A DNA stretch of 64,000 nucleotides from Chitinophaga pinensis (GCA_945860565.1 CAMAQS010000004.1:1594-65593); one strand, 5' to 3'. Counted from the first letter of the stretch, positions 48,788 through 58,534 are shown. A program made the numbers and translations. Notes: a model not told the origin generated them from the letters alone.

Positions 48788-49234
48788 TTATCGTTTTGCA
48801 GAGATGGTGTTTTTTGAGATATATCCATCTGCCATTGCCATGTCAAAAGCCAGATTTAAGTCTGAACTGGTTAAATTCTGCACGATTAAGGAATTTGGAC
48901 TTGACATATCTGGACTGTCTGAAATTTTCAAAGTCATTCCAGTTAGTGAATAATAGGAAGAATCAGAGTAAGTGGTAGAACCTTCAATTTCTGTGTTAAT
49001 TAGAAGACCGCTTTCTCTAAAATCTAAGGTAAATGTTCCCGAGTAATAGGTACTTGTGTCGCCATCTATTACATAGCCAGTAGAATCTAGAACTGTAAAA
49101 GTTTCCCGCAAAACATTCCATTTTCCAACAATAGAAACATTGGATTTTGCTGTATCTTCTTCTTTGCAAGAATTTAGAGATACGGATAAACTTGCCGCGG
49201 TTAAAATAAGAGAGAGGAATACCCGAGATTTCAT
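48788..49234 (-). CDS. lipocalin-like lipoprotein, paralog D
   Basis: Lipobox LNSC and GKWN motif. Alignable with paralog C along its whole length. Confidence 0.6.
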   Translation of the reverse strand: MKSRVFLSLILTAASLSVSLNSCKEEDTAKSNVSIVGKWNVLRETFTVLDSTGYVIDGDTSTYYSGTFTLDFRESGLLINTEIEGSTTYSDSSYYSLTGMTLKISDSPDMSSPNSLIVQNLTSSDLNLAFDMAMADGYISKNTISAKR

Positions 49235-49302
49235 TGCCTTAATTAGAATTAGAATTTAAATTAATGCAATGAAGCAAAAAAAAATGAATATAACAATAAA
49301 TT

Positions 49303-50799
49303 CTATAAATTTTGTAAATACGTTTCAGCGGTATTGTTCAGTAATTGTTGTTTCTCAGGCTTCATTTTATCGTAAGTTATAACCATCATGGCCATTCTTG
49401 GATTTTGCTGTAAAAATTGCCGTTGCTTGTTTACAAAGCGCCAAAACAGTGCATCCCAAATGACTTGCCAATCTCCGTCTCCTTTTTTATAGTCGGACAT
49501 TTTTAGCAGGTAATTGCTTCCAGAGAAGTATGGTTTTGTGGTAATTAGGCCACCATCTGCAAATTGGGACATGCCATAAACATTGGGTACCATTACCCAA
49601 TCATTGGAGTCTATGCACATTTCCATGAACCATTTATAAACAGAATAGGGGTCAAATTCGCATAAAAGGAAAAAGTTTCCCAATATCATTAAACGCTCTA
49701 TGTGGTGGGCATAACCGGTTTCAAGTAAGTTTTTTATTACATTGTCAATTGGATCTATTCCTGTTGTGCCGTTGTAAAAAGATTGTGGAATGGCTCTGTG
49801 ATGGTTCCAAAAGTTAGAATTCCGTTGTCTTGAGCCTTCTTGATGATAGATATACCTTATAAACTCCCTCCAACCTAAAATTTGTCGGGTAAAGCCTTCA
49901 ATTGAGTTTAAAGATACATTGTTTTTTTTGCTGAATTCCAGTGATTTATCTAAGACGTATTGCGGAGAAATTAATCCAATATTTAAATAGGGGGTGAGCA
50001 CAGAATGGAACAAATATCGGGCATTGGGGTCTTTTGAAAAAGCATCTTCATACGTACCAAAAAGAGACAAACGCTCTTCCAGAAATTGGTTAAATGCTTT
50101 GTGTGCTTGCTCTGAATTGTAAGGAAAAAATTGATTTGTCTGTTTAAAGTAATTTAGGTTTCCCGGATTATTGGGGTAATTTTTTTCAACGTACTCTATG
50201 GCTTCCGTGAGTGTTTTGTCAATTGCTGAAAAGGTTGGAGTTGGTAAGGGGACATTTTTTGGAAAAGGTTTTCTATTTTCTGAATCGAAAGTAAGTTTTC
50301 CACCCAGTGGTTTTCCCTCTTCGTCCATTAGTATGCCGTGTTTTTTACGTTGATGATTATAAAAATCAGTTTGGAAGTATCGTTTTCTTTGTTGAAAATA
50401 GGCATGAGATTCTTCCAAAGGTGTAATGAAATTAGGGTTGGAATACACAATGATTTCAACGGCTGTTGTTTTTGCCCCTTCTTTTATTTGTTTCCATAAC
50501 CAATTGTCACCAGGCTCGCAAAGATGAATCTGCTTATATTTTTCACTCAAGTATTGAACCAACTTTGTAGCGTTACATAGCGAATTTTGGGCGTCGATGT
50601 ATTGAACGGAATAGCCTTTTTCAACCAATTTTTCTGCATAATTTATTTGACTTGCACGGTGTAAAACCAATTTTTGTTGAATAAAAGAAAACTGGTTGTA
50701 ATAAAGGTCGCTTTCTACAATTACCACCGATTTTACATGTTCTAGTGCTTGGTTGGATTCAAATAATTGATGGGGAAAAACGAGGGCAACTGAATTCAT
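49303..50799 (-). CDS. cryptochrome/photolyase-related protein (COG3046-type)
   Basis: About 498 aa from ATG 50799. Conserved C-terminal block HHIERLMILGNF...VPNVYGMSQFADGG...KPYFSGSNY. Confidence 0.8.
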   Translation of the reverse strand: MNSVALVFPHQLFESNQALEHVKSVVIVESDLYYNQFSFIQQKLVLHRASQINYAEKLVEKGYSVQYIDAQNSLCNATKLVQYLSEKYKQIHLCEPGDNWLWKQIKEGAKTTAVEIIVYSNPNFITPLEESHAYFQQRKRYFQTDFYNHQRKKHGILMDEEGKPLGGKLTFDSENRKPFPKNVPLPTPTFSAIDKTLTEAIEYVEKNYPNNPGNLNYFKQTNQFFPYNSEQAHKAFNQFLEERLSLFGTYEDAFSKDPNARYLFHSVLTPYLNIGLISPQYVLDKSLEFSKKNNVSLNSIEGFTRQILGWREFIRYIYHQEGSRQRNSNFWNHHRAIPQSFYNGTTGIDPIDNVIKNLLETGYAHHIERLMILGNFFLLCEFDPYSVYKWFMEMCIDSNDWVMVPNVYGMSQFADGGLITTKPYFSGSNYLLKMSDYKKGDGDWQVIWDALFWRFVNKQRQFLQQNPRMAMMVITYDKMKPEKQQLLNNTAETYLQNL

Positions 50800-50840
50800 C
50801 GGATGGATGAATAACAAACGATTTGGGTTTTAGTTTCTTT

Positions 50841-51815
50841 TTATTTCTTTTCTGGGGGATGGGAGTGGTTTTTGGCTGTATTATCCAACTCCAATTCCTC
50901 TAAGTGGTTCATAGCCATCATTTGTTTGATGGTGCTATTCATACCTGTAGGTGAGCCATCTAAGAATATAACGTTTCCTTTTCCGTCTGATGCGAAATTT
51001 TTGATGGCTTCTGTCCACATTGTAAACAACAAAAATGACACGTCTAAGTCGGCTGATTTCATCTCATTTGCGGCTTCTGTCATACCTTTTGCGACCTCTT
51101 TTCGGAAAAGTGCAATACCTTGACCTCTAAGTTGCGCAGCTGTTTTTTCCGCTTCTGCTGAAATTCGGATGGCATTTCCTTCTGCTTCCGCACCTTTTGT
51201 TTTGGTAATTAACAAAGCTTGACCTTCATTTTCTGCAGCGGCTTTTAAATTGCTCGAAGCAACCACTCTTGCCATCGATTTTGTAATTTCTTCATCGAAG
51301 GTAATGTCGTTTAAGGCCAAATCATGCAAGTTATAACCCCAACTGTCTAACACATGATCAATCGAAATTTTAACATTTTCCACGATTTCATTGCGCAGCG
51401 ATAAAATTTCTGACTGTCTTTTGGTGGCTACATAACCACGAACGCTGCCCTCAATGGTGCGTGTTAAAGCGGTCATAAAATCCCTGTCGTTTACAAACTT
51501 AAAAGCAACATTTTTTAATGTTTCTTCTTTATTGTCAAGCACAGAATAGAGCAACATTGCCCTGAAATATACATTTGCTTGATCTTGAGTAATGGCTTGA
51601 AAATCTAATTCAATGGATTTGTTTTGAATGGAAATGCGTCGATAAACACGTTCCAATACTGGAATTCGGAAATTCAATCCTGGATTAAGCACTCGCCTGT
51701 ATTTCCCGAACATAGTAATAATGGTGATGGTACCTTGTTGAACAGTGGTTATACTCAGCAACAAGATAATTATTATCCCAAAAACAGGAATAATATTGGA
51801 TAGAAAGTCTGACAT
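50841..51815 (-). CDS. SPFH/band 7 domain protein
   Basis: N-terminal TM anchor, an SPFH core and an Ala/Glu-rich coiled-coil region. 324 aa. Confidence 0.85.
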   Translation of the reverse strand: MSDFLSNIIPVFGIIIILLLSITTVQQGTITIITMFGKYRRVLNPGLNFRIPVLERVYRRISIQNKSIELDFQAITQDQANVYFRAMLLYSVLDNKEETLKNVAFKFVNDRDFMTALTRTIEGSVRGYVATKRQSEILSLRNEIVENVKISIDHVLDSWGYNLHDLALNDITFDEEITKSMARVVASSNLKAAAENEGQALLITKTKGAEAEGNAIRISAEAEKTAAQLRGQGIALFRKEVAKGMTEAANEMKSADLDVSFLLFTMWTEAIKNFASDGKGNVIFLDGSPTGMNSTIKQMMAMNHLEELELDNTAKNHSHPPEKK

Positions 51816-51937
51816 GGTTTAGGTTTTAGTTGAACGAATGTCGTTGAAATGTTTGAAATAATGTCATTTTTAAGACGAATACATTAAACTTCCGCATGAA
51901 TGGTGCGTCTAAAACGTTATTGTAGTATTAATTTGCA

Positions 51938-54900
51938 GTGGTGGTAAAAAATGCATGGGTTTTGGTTTTTTGGGGGATGTTGATTCCGGTATTAAATGCA
52001 CAAGTAAGTCCCAAACAAAGGTTGATTACAGGTCAAATTCAGAATTTTGAAGGCCGTTATATAAACAAAGTTAGTGTGTCTGGATTTCGCATAATGCTTG
52101 ATTCAAACGATTTGTTCGCCAATGGTTTTAGCAAACCGATTTTCACTACAGAGACAAGCAATGTGGGTGAATATGTGGTTTTTATGGATACAATTGAATT
52201 CAAAAAAACCTTAAAATTGAATGGATTTCCAGTTATCATTAATTTGAAAATGCAATGTAATGTTCCTGAATACAAAGAATTTAATGATATAGTGGAATTT
52301 AGAAGGACTAATGTGAATGGTTCATTCTTTTATTTAGGTAAAAATATTGTGTTGCGTGGCAATGATGAAGTGATAGAAGCTGTAGTAGTAAAGGCAAAAA
52401 TGGTAGAAATGAAAGGGGATACTTCCGAGATTAATGCCTCAAATTTCAAGGTAAATCCAGATGCAAGCGCAGAAGATTTGGTAAAAAAAATGCCAGGAGT
52501 TACCAGTAGCAATGGCGAAATTCAAGCACAAGGTGAGGCAGTAAAAAAGGTGTTGGTAGATGGTAAGCCATTTTTTGGGGATGATCCGAATGCAGCACTT
52601 AAAAACCTTCCTGCAGAAATCGTTTCAAAGGTGCAGATTTACGACGGACAAACAGATAAGAATGCGTTTACAGGTTTAAACGATGGGAATACCACTAAAA
52701 CCATGAATATCATTACAAAAGGAGGTGTGAAAAATGGAGATTTTGGCAAAATTTATTTTGGAACAGGTTATTCTATTGAAGGAAGTGGAGATGCGTTTAA
52801 ATACAAGGGGGGATTGCTGTATAATAAGTTCTCAGACAATCAACGGTTTACTATTTTATACCAAGGGAACAATATCAATGAACAGAATTTTTCCTTCGAT
52901 GATATTTTAGGAGTGATGGGTGGTGGAAGAAATAGAGGTGGTGGAGGAATGGGTGGATTATCTGATTTTTTCGTTAACAGCCAATCTGGAATAACCAGCA
53001 CACAAGCTTTGGGTTTAAATTATTTTCGTAAGTTGGGAACAAAAGCGGAATTGAATTTTGGATATTCAATGAATATTTCTGATAACGACAATTCTAGTTA
53101 TACCAATCGATATTTTGTTACTGGATCACAAACAGGTATAACCTATGTAGAAAACGCGTTGAATAAAAGTGTAAATACTAGCCATAGGATAAATGGAAGA
53201 ATAACGCTAAATCTTGATAGTAATAACAGATTTTTAATTAAACCAAGGGTTTCAATTCAAGATTATGAAGCGCACAATCCTTTAACTGGCAATACCTTAG
53301 ACAATAATTACGTAAGTCCATTTGCGATTAGCATGTTGTCGAATAAAACAGACATGGAAAATTTGGGTTTAAACGGCAACATTGAAATGGATTGGATGCA
53401 TTCATTTACTAAAAAGGGCCGGTCGTTGGCGGTTACCATTAACCCTGGTATTACAAATAACAATGGATTAACCAATTTGAATAATCAGTTGTTGTTGAGC
53501 AATGGTTTTGGAGAATATGATTCGGTTTTAAGAAATCAAAAAACGGATATTTCTAAATTTGCTCTTACATTAAAATCAGAGGTAACATTCAATGAATCCC
53601 TAGATTCAAATCATACGATTTCGGCAAATTTAGACCAAAGTGTAAACCAAAATCAAAGTGACCGATTGAATTATCTTATTCCGTTAAATGGGGTAGATTA
53701 CACACAATTGGATACGCTTTTGTCAAGTAAATACAAGAATGGTTACATTAGTTATGCAGGTGGTTTGAGTTATACATTTAATAATTACAAATGGCAAGTT
53801 GTAACGGGATTAAAAGCACAAGCAGCCTTTTTGAATGGGGATCAGGAATTCCCTTACCCCGTTGCATTTAAGATACCATTTTATTCTTTGTTGCCAAGTT
53901 TGAATGTAAGATATAAACCTTCTAAAACAGGTGGAAACCTAAGAATTAATTACAGCACATCGAACAATGCACCAAATATTGAACAGCTACAGGATGTACT
54001 AATTAATACAAATCCATTGCAATTGAGTACTGGAAATTCGCAATTGGAACAAGACTATAGACATTCAATGGTTTCGCGTTATTTTAAAATGAATGCGGAA
54101 TCTGGAAGAAGTTTTTTCGCAATGTTAAATGGATCATTTACACAAAATGCCATTTCTACATTTACTTATGTGGCTGGAACGGAAAGTACTTCTGTTAAAA
54201 TTGGCGATTCACTGGTCGTTATTTCCCCTGGTGCTCAATTGTCTAAACCCATTAATTTGGATGGTGCTTATAGTTTACGGTTGTTTTTTAACTGGGGATC
54301 TCCATTGTTTAAAAGTAAAATCAATTTCAATATGAACGGTGGCTTGACCTATTCAGAGTCTCCCTCCATGATACAGTTTGGATCTCAAGCGGCCCAAGTG
54401 AATACTTCGCGAAATCCGTCTATAATTGGGGGAGTTGGCATTAATTCCAATATTTCTGAGAATTTGGATTTTAATATTTACTCAAATACGACCTACAGTC
54501 AAGTGTCAAATTCGCTGCAGTCATCATTGAATCAAAACTATGTTAATCAATTAACTCAATTGCGTATAAATTATATTCTATTCAAAAAATGGGTGTTGAG
54601 TACAGACGTAACACACCAATTATATAGCGGATTAGGGACGGGGTTTAATCAGAATTATTTTTTGTGGAATGCGGGTATTGGACTGAAGTTCGGAAAAAGG
54701 AATCAATCTGAAATAAAAATGACTGCTTTTGATTTGTTGAATCAGAACAGAGCCATTTCTAGAAATGTGAGTCAAACCTATTTTGAAGACATCCAAACGA
54801 AAGTGTTGACCCGTTACATAATGATTAATTATGTGTATACATTAAGAAGAATTAATGGCAAAAATACAGGCGAAGATAAACAAAAAATCAAGGCTGGAAT

Positions 54901-54952
54901 GCCACAATCAGGCAGAAGTCATGGCACACAATTTGGTTTGCCAATGCATTAG
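51938..54952 (+). CDS. large outer-membrane beta-barrel protein (TonB-dependent-receptor-like: CarboxypepD_reg-like, plug-like and barrel regions)
   Basis: 1004 aa with a signal peptide, the plug-like segment DLVKKMPGVT...VLVDGKPF, and beta-strand-rich alternating sequence toward the C-terminus, followed by a ~30-residue charged tail. The ORF track start is GTG, so the start is uncertain. Confidence 0.7.
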   Translation: MVVKNAWVLVFWGMLIPVLNAQVSPKQRLITGQIQNFEGRYINKVSVSGFRIMLDSNDLFANGFSKPIFTTETSNVGEYVVFMDTIEFKKTLKLNGFPVIINLKMQCNVPEYKEFNDIVEFRRTNVNGSFFYLGKNIVLRGNDEVIEAVVVKAKMVEMKGDTSEINASNFKVNPDASAEDLVKKMPGVTSSNGEIQAQGEAVKKVLVDGKPFFGDDPNAALKNLPAEIVSKVQIYDGQTDKNAFTGLNDGNTTKTMNIITKGGVKNGDFGKIYFGTGYSIEGSGDAFKYKGGLLYNKFSDNQRFTILYQGNNINEQNFSFDDILGVMGGGRNRGGGGMGGLSDFFVNSQSGITSTQALGLNYFRKLGTKAELNFGYSMNISDNDNSSYTNRYFVTGSQTGITYVENALNKSVNTSHRINGRITLNLDSNNRFLIKPRVSIQDYEAHNPLTGNTLDNNYVSPFAISMLSNKTDMENLGLNGNIEMDWMHSFTKKGRSLAVTINPGITNNNGLTNLNNQLLLSNGFGEYDSVLRNQKTDISKFALTLKSEVTFNESLDSNHTISANLDQSVNQNQSDRLNYLIPLNGVDYTQLDTLLSSKYKNGYISYAGGLSYTFNNYKWQVVTGLKAQAAFLNGDQEFPYPVAFKIPFYSLLPSLNVRYKPSKTGGNLRINYSTSNNAPNIEQLQDVLINTNPLQLSTGNSQLEQDYRHSMVSRYFKMNAESGRSFFAMLNGSFTQNAISTFTYVAGTESTSVKIGDSLVVISPGAQLSKPINLDGAYSLRLFFNWGSPLFKSKINFNMNGGLTYSESPSMIQFGSQAAQVNTSRNPSIIGGVGINSNISENLDFNIYSNTTYSQVSNSLQSSLNQNYVNQLTQLRINYILFKKWVLSTDVTHQLYSGLGTGFNQNYFLWNAGIGLKFGKRNQSEIKMTAFDLLNQNRAISRNVSQTYFEDIQTKVLTRYIMINYVYTLRRINGKNTGEDKQKIKAGMPQSGRSHGTQFGLPMH

Positions 54953-55034
54953 TTTTAGGTAAATTGCCTTATTGGAGATATATATTTTTTAATTAAAATA
55001 TAATAGGCGCATAAGTGTTTGTTTTTATCAGTCA

Positions 55035-56792
55035 ATGGTAATAATATTGTGTAACTCTAATATGATTTTTAATTCAATTAAAATATGCGCTAAATGCTTG
55101 CTTCTTTTCTTCATATTTTTAGTGAATGAATCTTCGGCTCAAGTCGTTTCAGGGTCCGAAGAAGACATTGCTCTTCGAAGAAGAAAAAGGTTGGATTCGT
55201 TGGCCAATTTAGACAAACCCATCGATTCCAGTTTCAAGAAAATAGATACTAAAATAAATTCCGTTGTTAATGATACAATATCAAAAAAAATTAATACAAG
55301 TCAAGAGAATATTAAAAATGAAATAAATTCAGCGGTAAAAGCATCCCCCATAGACACCATTAAAAAAGTGGAATTGCCAACTGTAAACGCGCCTGAAAAG
55401 ATAGAAGCAAAGGTTGAAGAAGTGGTAGAGGCGGTAAAAGCATCCCCCATAGACACCATTAAAAAAGTGGAATTGCCAACTGTAAACGCGCCTGAAAAGA
55501 TAGAAGCAAAGGTTGAAGAAGTGTTAGAGGCGGTAAAAGCATCCCCCATAGACACCATTAATAAAGTGGAATTGCCACCGGTAACCGTGCCTGAAAAGAT
55601 AGAAGCAAAGGTTGAAGAAGTGGTAGAGGCGGTAAAAGCATCCCCCATAGACACCATTAAAAAAGTGGAATTACCACCGGTAACCGCTCCAGAAAAGATA
55701 GAAGCAAAAGTGGATGAGGTTAGAGCAACCGTCAATCCATCTTATACCGATACTACGAAAAAAGGTTCAGTTCAAGATACTTCAATTCAGGCAGACTCTG
55801 CAGTTTTAGAAATACCACCAAATTTATTGGATAGTGCTAGTGCTGTGATTGATTCTGCAGCAGTTGATCAAATTGTAGAAACTGATACAGCAGCTCCCGT
55901 TGTTGAAGTTCAAGCAGAAGCGCCACCCAAAGGTACTTGGGCTTTTGGAGGTACTTCGACCATTACCACCAATCAAAGTCAATTCTCAAATTGGCAAGGG
56001 GGGGGACAGAATTCTATTGCAATATCGACTTCATTGGATTTAAGTTTAAACTATACAAGCGAAAATTTAAACTGGGAAAATACATTCGCCGCGGGTTACG
56101 GTATCATGTTACAAGGGGTAAATGCCAAATGGTTTAAAAATGATGACCGACTTGAGTTAACTACAAAATTGGGTAAAAAAGCAAGTAAAAATTGGTTTTA
56201 TACTGCACTAATTACGCCATCAACTCAATTTCAACCGGGATATAATTCTGAGTTAGACACCATTCCAATTTCTGAGTTCTTTGCTCCAGGTTATGTGGTG
56301 GGATCTTTGGGATTTGATTATAATCCGAGTTCTAAGTTGAGTATATTCATTGGACCGGTAACCAGTAAGAATACGTTTGTATTAAACCAAGATTTAGCCA
56401 ATCAAGGTGCTTTTGGTGTTGAAGCAGGTGTTTTTGATGATTTGTTGGGTGTTTATACAACTTCCGGAAAGAGACATCGTTCAGAAACAGGGGGTTATAT
56501 GCGTATAGTATTTAATGAACCACGTATTATGAAAAATATTGGCATTCAATCTAAACTTGAACTGTTCAGTAATTATTTAGTGAAACCAGAAAATATAGAC
56601 GTTGATTTTGAAAATACGATTACAATTAAGGTTAATGAATACATTTCTACAAACTTGATATTGCATTTCCTTTACGACGACGACATTCAAATAGCATTGG
56701 ACCCTGAAGGCTTAAGAACTGGACCAAGATTACAGTTTAAAGAAGTGTTGGGTGTTGGATTGTCAATTAATATTGGCGGCGCTGGTTCTTAA
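55035..56792 (+). CDS. DUF3078-like outer-membrane protein with an N-terminal 33-aa tandem-repeat region
   Basis: The C-terminal half carries WAFGG...SQFSNWQGGGQNSI, typical of DUF3078. A signal peptide follows from Met 55062. Repeats occupy 55332-55727. Confidence 0.65.
   Translation: MVIILCNSNMIFNSIKICAKCLLLFFIFLVNESSAQVVSGSEEDIALRRRKRLDSLANLDKPIDSSFKKIDTKINSVVNDTISKKINTSQENIKNEINSAVKASPIDTIKKVELPTVNAPEKIEAKVEEVVEAVKASPIDTIKKVELPTVNAPEKIEAKVEEVLEAVKASPIDTINKVELPPVTVPEKIEAKVEEVVEAVKASPIDTIKKVELPPVTAPEKIEAKVDEVRATVNPSYTDTTKKGSVQDTSIQADSAVLEIPPNLLDSASAVIDSAAVDQIVETDTAAPVVEVQAEAPPKGTWAFGGTSTITTNQSQFSNWQGGGQNSIAISTSLDLSLNYTSENLNWENTFAAGYGIMLQGVNAKWFKNDDRLELTTKLGKKASKNWFYTALITPSTQFQPGYNSELDTIPISEFFAPGYVVGSLGFDYNPSSKLSIFIGPVTSKNTFVLNQDLANQGAFGVEAGVFDDLLGVYTTSGKRHRSETGGYMRIVFNEPRIMKNIGIQSKLELFSNYLVKPENIDVDFENTITIKVNEYISTNLILHFLYDDDIQIALDPEGLRTGPRLQFKEVLGVGLSINIGGAGS
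55332..55727 (+). repeat. 4 tandem copies of a 99-bp (33-aa) coding repeat (AVKASPIDTIKKVELPTVNAPEKIEAKVEEVVE)
   Basis: A landmark (CATCCCCC) recurs at 55342, 55441, 55540 and 55639, an exact 99-nt period. Copies 1 and 2 differ at 1 nt. Confidence 0.92.
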
Positions 56793-57275
56793 TTAATTGG
56801 TATAAATACGATTTTAGTTTGGTTCACGTTTTGATTGTCGATCGGGCGATTAGTCTTTAATTAATGGTATAAAAGGAATATTATACTTTGATTTTTTTGG
56901 GGGATGTTTAGTACTGCAATTAATTATTTGAAGAGATGAGTCATTGTGAACCGGGTATAATTTAGATTTTAAAATGATCACTAATTAGAGATTAATTTTA
57001 TCGAAAGATAAGTATACAAAAAATGCAATGATTTTTATTGTTAGTTCTTAGAAAATTACCAGTGGTTTATGCGTTTTTAGGGTAATTCAGGTGTGATTAC
57101 AAAGAATAGAGTATTGACTGTTGTGGTGGGTGCTAAATGGACCTAAAATGGATTGTTTATTTATAAAAAATATTAACGGAATTAGCGAAATTAATTATCT
57201 AGTTCTGTAATTAATTAATGGCAATATAAAATGGGAATAGGGTTTTATCCCTTCATCTATTTTTATTGGTGTTAG

Positions 57276-58295
57276 TTAAAACTCAGGGAACGGATCTGGA
57301 TTCCGTTTGCGCATTTTCAGAGCGGGTAAAACCATGAGTGTAATTTCATGTGTAACTGGTACTGAGGCATTGTTAATGCTTAGGTTCCAGTCGGTACAAT
57401 AGCTTACGAAATAATTTTTAAAGCGTGCTCCGAAATAGTGATTTAATGCCCAAGCTTTTCCTTGATAAGCAATGGTATTTTGAGCACCGGCTCCAACTCT
57501 AAAGTTTAAATAATTAACATTTACCATTAAAGATATGGATTGAACATCACTTTGATGGGTATAACTTGCTGTAGGAATAATGGCATAATTGTCAAATTCC
57601 TTTTTGAAATTTAAACCACCAATTACGTGAAACTTAAGGGGTATTTTTTGATTGGTTCCTTCGTAAAAGGAAATATCTGGTTCATTTAAATTGAAGGCTG
57701 AAACTCCGAGAAAACCTTTTTCAGTATAAAAAACTGCACCGGCAGAAGCATGGAAAACATTTTTTGTGATTTGTGCTAACGGCTCAGCAGTTGGTTTAAC
57801 GAAGCCAGACATAGATTCGTTTATTTGATCGTCCCAAAAAAATTGTTCTTTTCCGAATGTAAAAGAAGAGAATTGCGCGGTCATTCCGAGTTTTAATCTG
57901 GTTTTACGCAAACGAATGTTGTAAGCATAGGCTAACATTCCTGAAAAGTGGCTGTATTTTGATTGGTCGGAATTTCCTGAGTTTAAATCAGTTGTGAAAG
58001 CACTAAATCCCCAAGAAGTATTCGTGCTACCCGCTGGCATATCCACAGAAATATTTTGGGTATACATTCTTTTTTTATTTAAACCAAGCCATTGTGCTTT
58101 GGTCCCAGAAACGATTCTAGCAGCTTCACCAAAATCAATGTGTCCAGTTCCAATAAGCGCAGGATTTGTTAGAATGCGGTGGGAGTATGATTGACGAAAT
58201 ATGGGATTTTGGGCGTTCGTAAAAGCAGTAATAAAAACCACATTCAAAAGGGTGAAGGCTTTTAGACGGTTACGAAGGTTCATGTAGAAATTCAT
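57276..58295 (-). CDS. PorP/SprF-family type IX secretion system membrane protein
   Basis: 339 aa with a signal peptide, then NPIFRQSYSHRILTNPALIG (the family's N-terminal motif) and a beta-barrel-like remainder. Confidence 0.8.
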   Translation of the reverse strand: MNFYMNLRNRLKAFTLLNVVFITAFTNAQNPIFRQSYSHRILTNPALIGTGHIDFGEAARIVSGTKAQWLGLNKKRMYTQNISVDMPAGSTNTSWGFSAFTTDLNSGNSDQSKYSHFSGMLAYAYNIRLRKTRLKLGMTAQFSSFTFGKEQFFWDDQINESMSGFVKPTAEPLAQITKNVFHASAGAVFYTEKGFLGVSAFNLNEPDISFYEGTNQKIPLKFHVIGGLNFKKEFDNYAIIPTASYTHQSDVQSISLMVNVNYLNFRVGAGAQNTIAYQGKAWALNHYFGARFKNYFVSYCTDWNLSINNASVPVTHEITLMVLPALKMRKRNPDPFPEF

Positions 58296-58534
58296 ACGAA
58301 AGAATTATAGCTACAAACATATTGATTTTTAATTGAAAAATCCGATGTTTTTATTGGGATTTTTTGTTCTTAAAAATGTCATTAATTTATTTTTGTTATT
58401 CAATTAAATATCTTTGACATTCATCCCCCTTTTTTTGTAATATTGACAACACAAAATTTGAACTAATTTTTATGCATTTATATCGAACAGTGTTATCCAT
58501 TAAACGTCTGAATTTTTCTCGGGTTTCGGAATCA

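Noticed and set aside
45319-49300. A genomic island integrated at tRNA-Asp
   Set aside because: There is no integrase, I found no direct repeat of the tRNA 3-prime end downstream, and the next gene (bestrophin) looks like ordinary chromosomal content.
55332-55727. Possible CRISPR array (regular direct repeats)
   Set aside because: The repeats are contiguous with no unique spacers, the period is 99 nt, and they sit in frame within a protein gene. No cas genes are present in the window.
55301-55735. 144-aa minus-strand ORF with internal repeats
   Set aside because: It is the antisense reading of the 99-bp coding tandem repeat in the DUF3078 gene. The plus-strand frame continues into a conserved domain.
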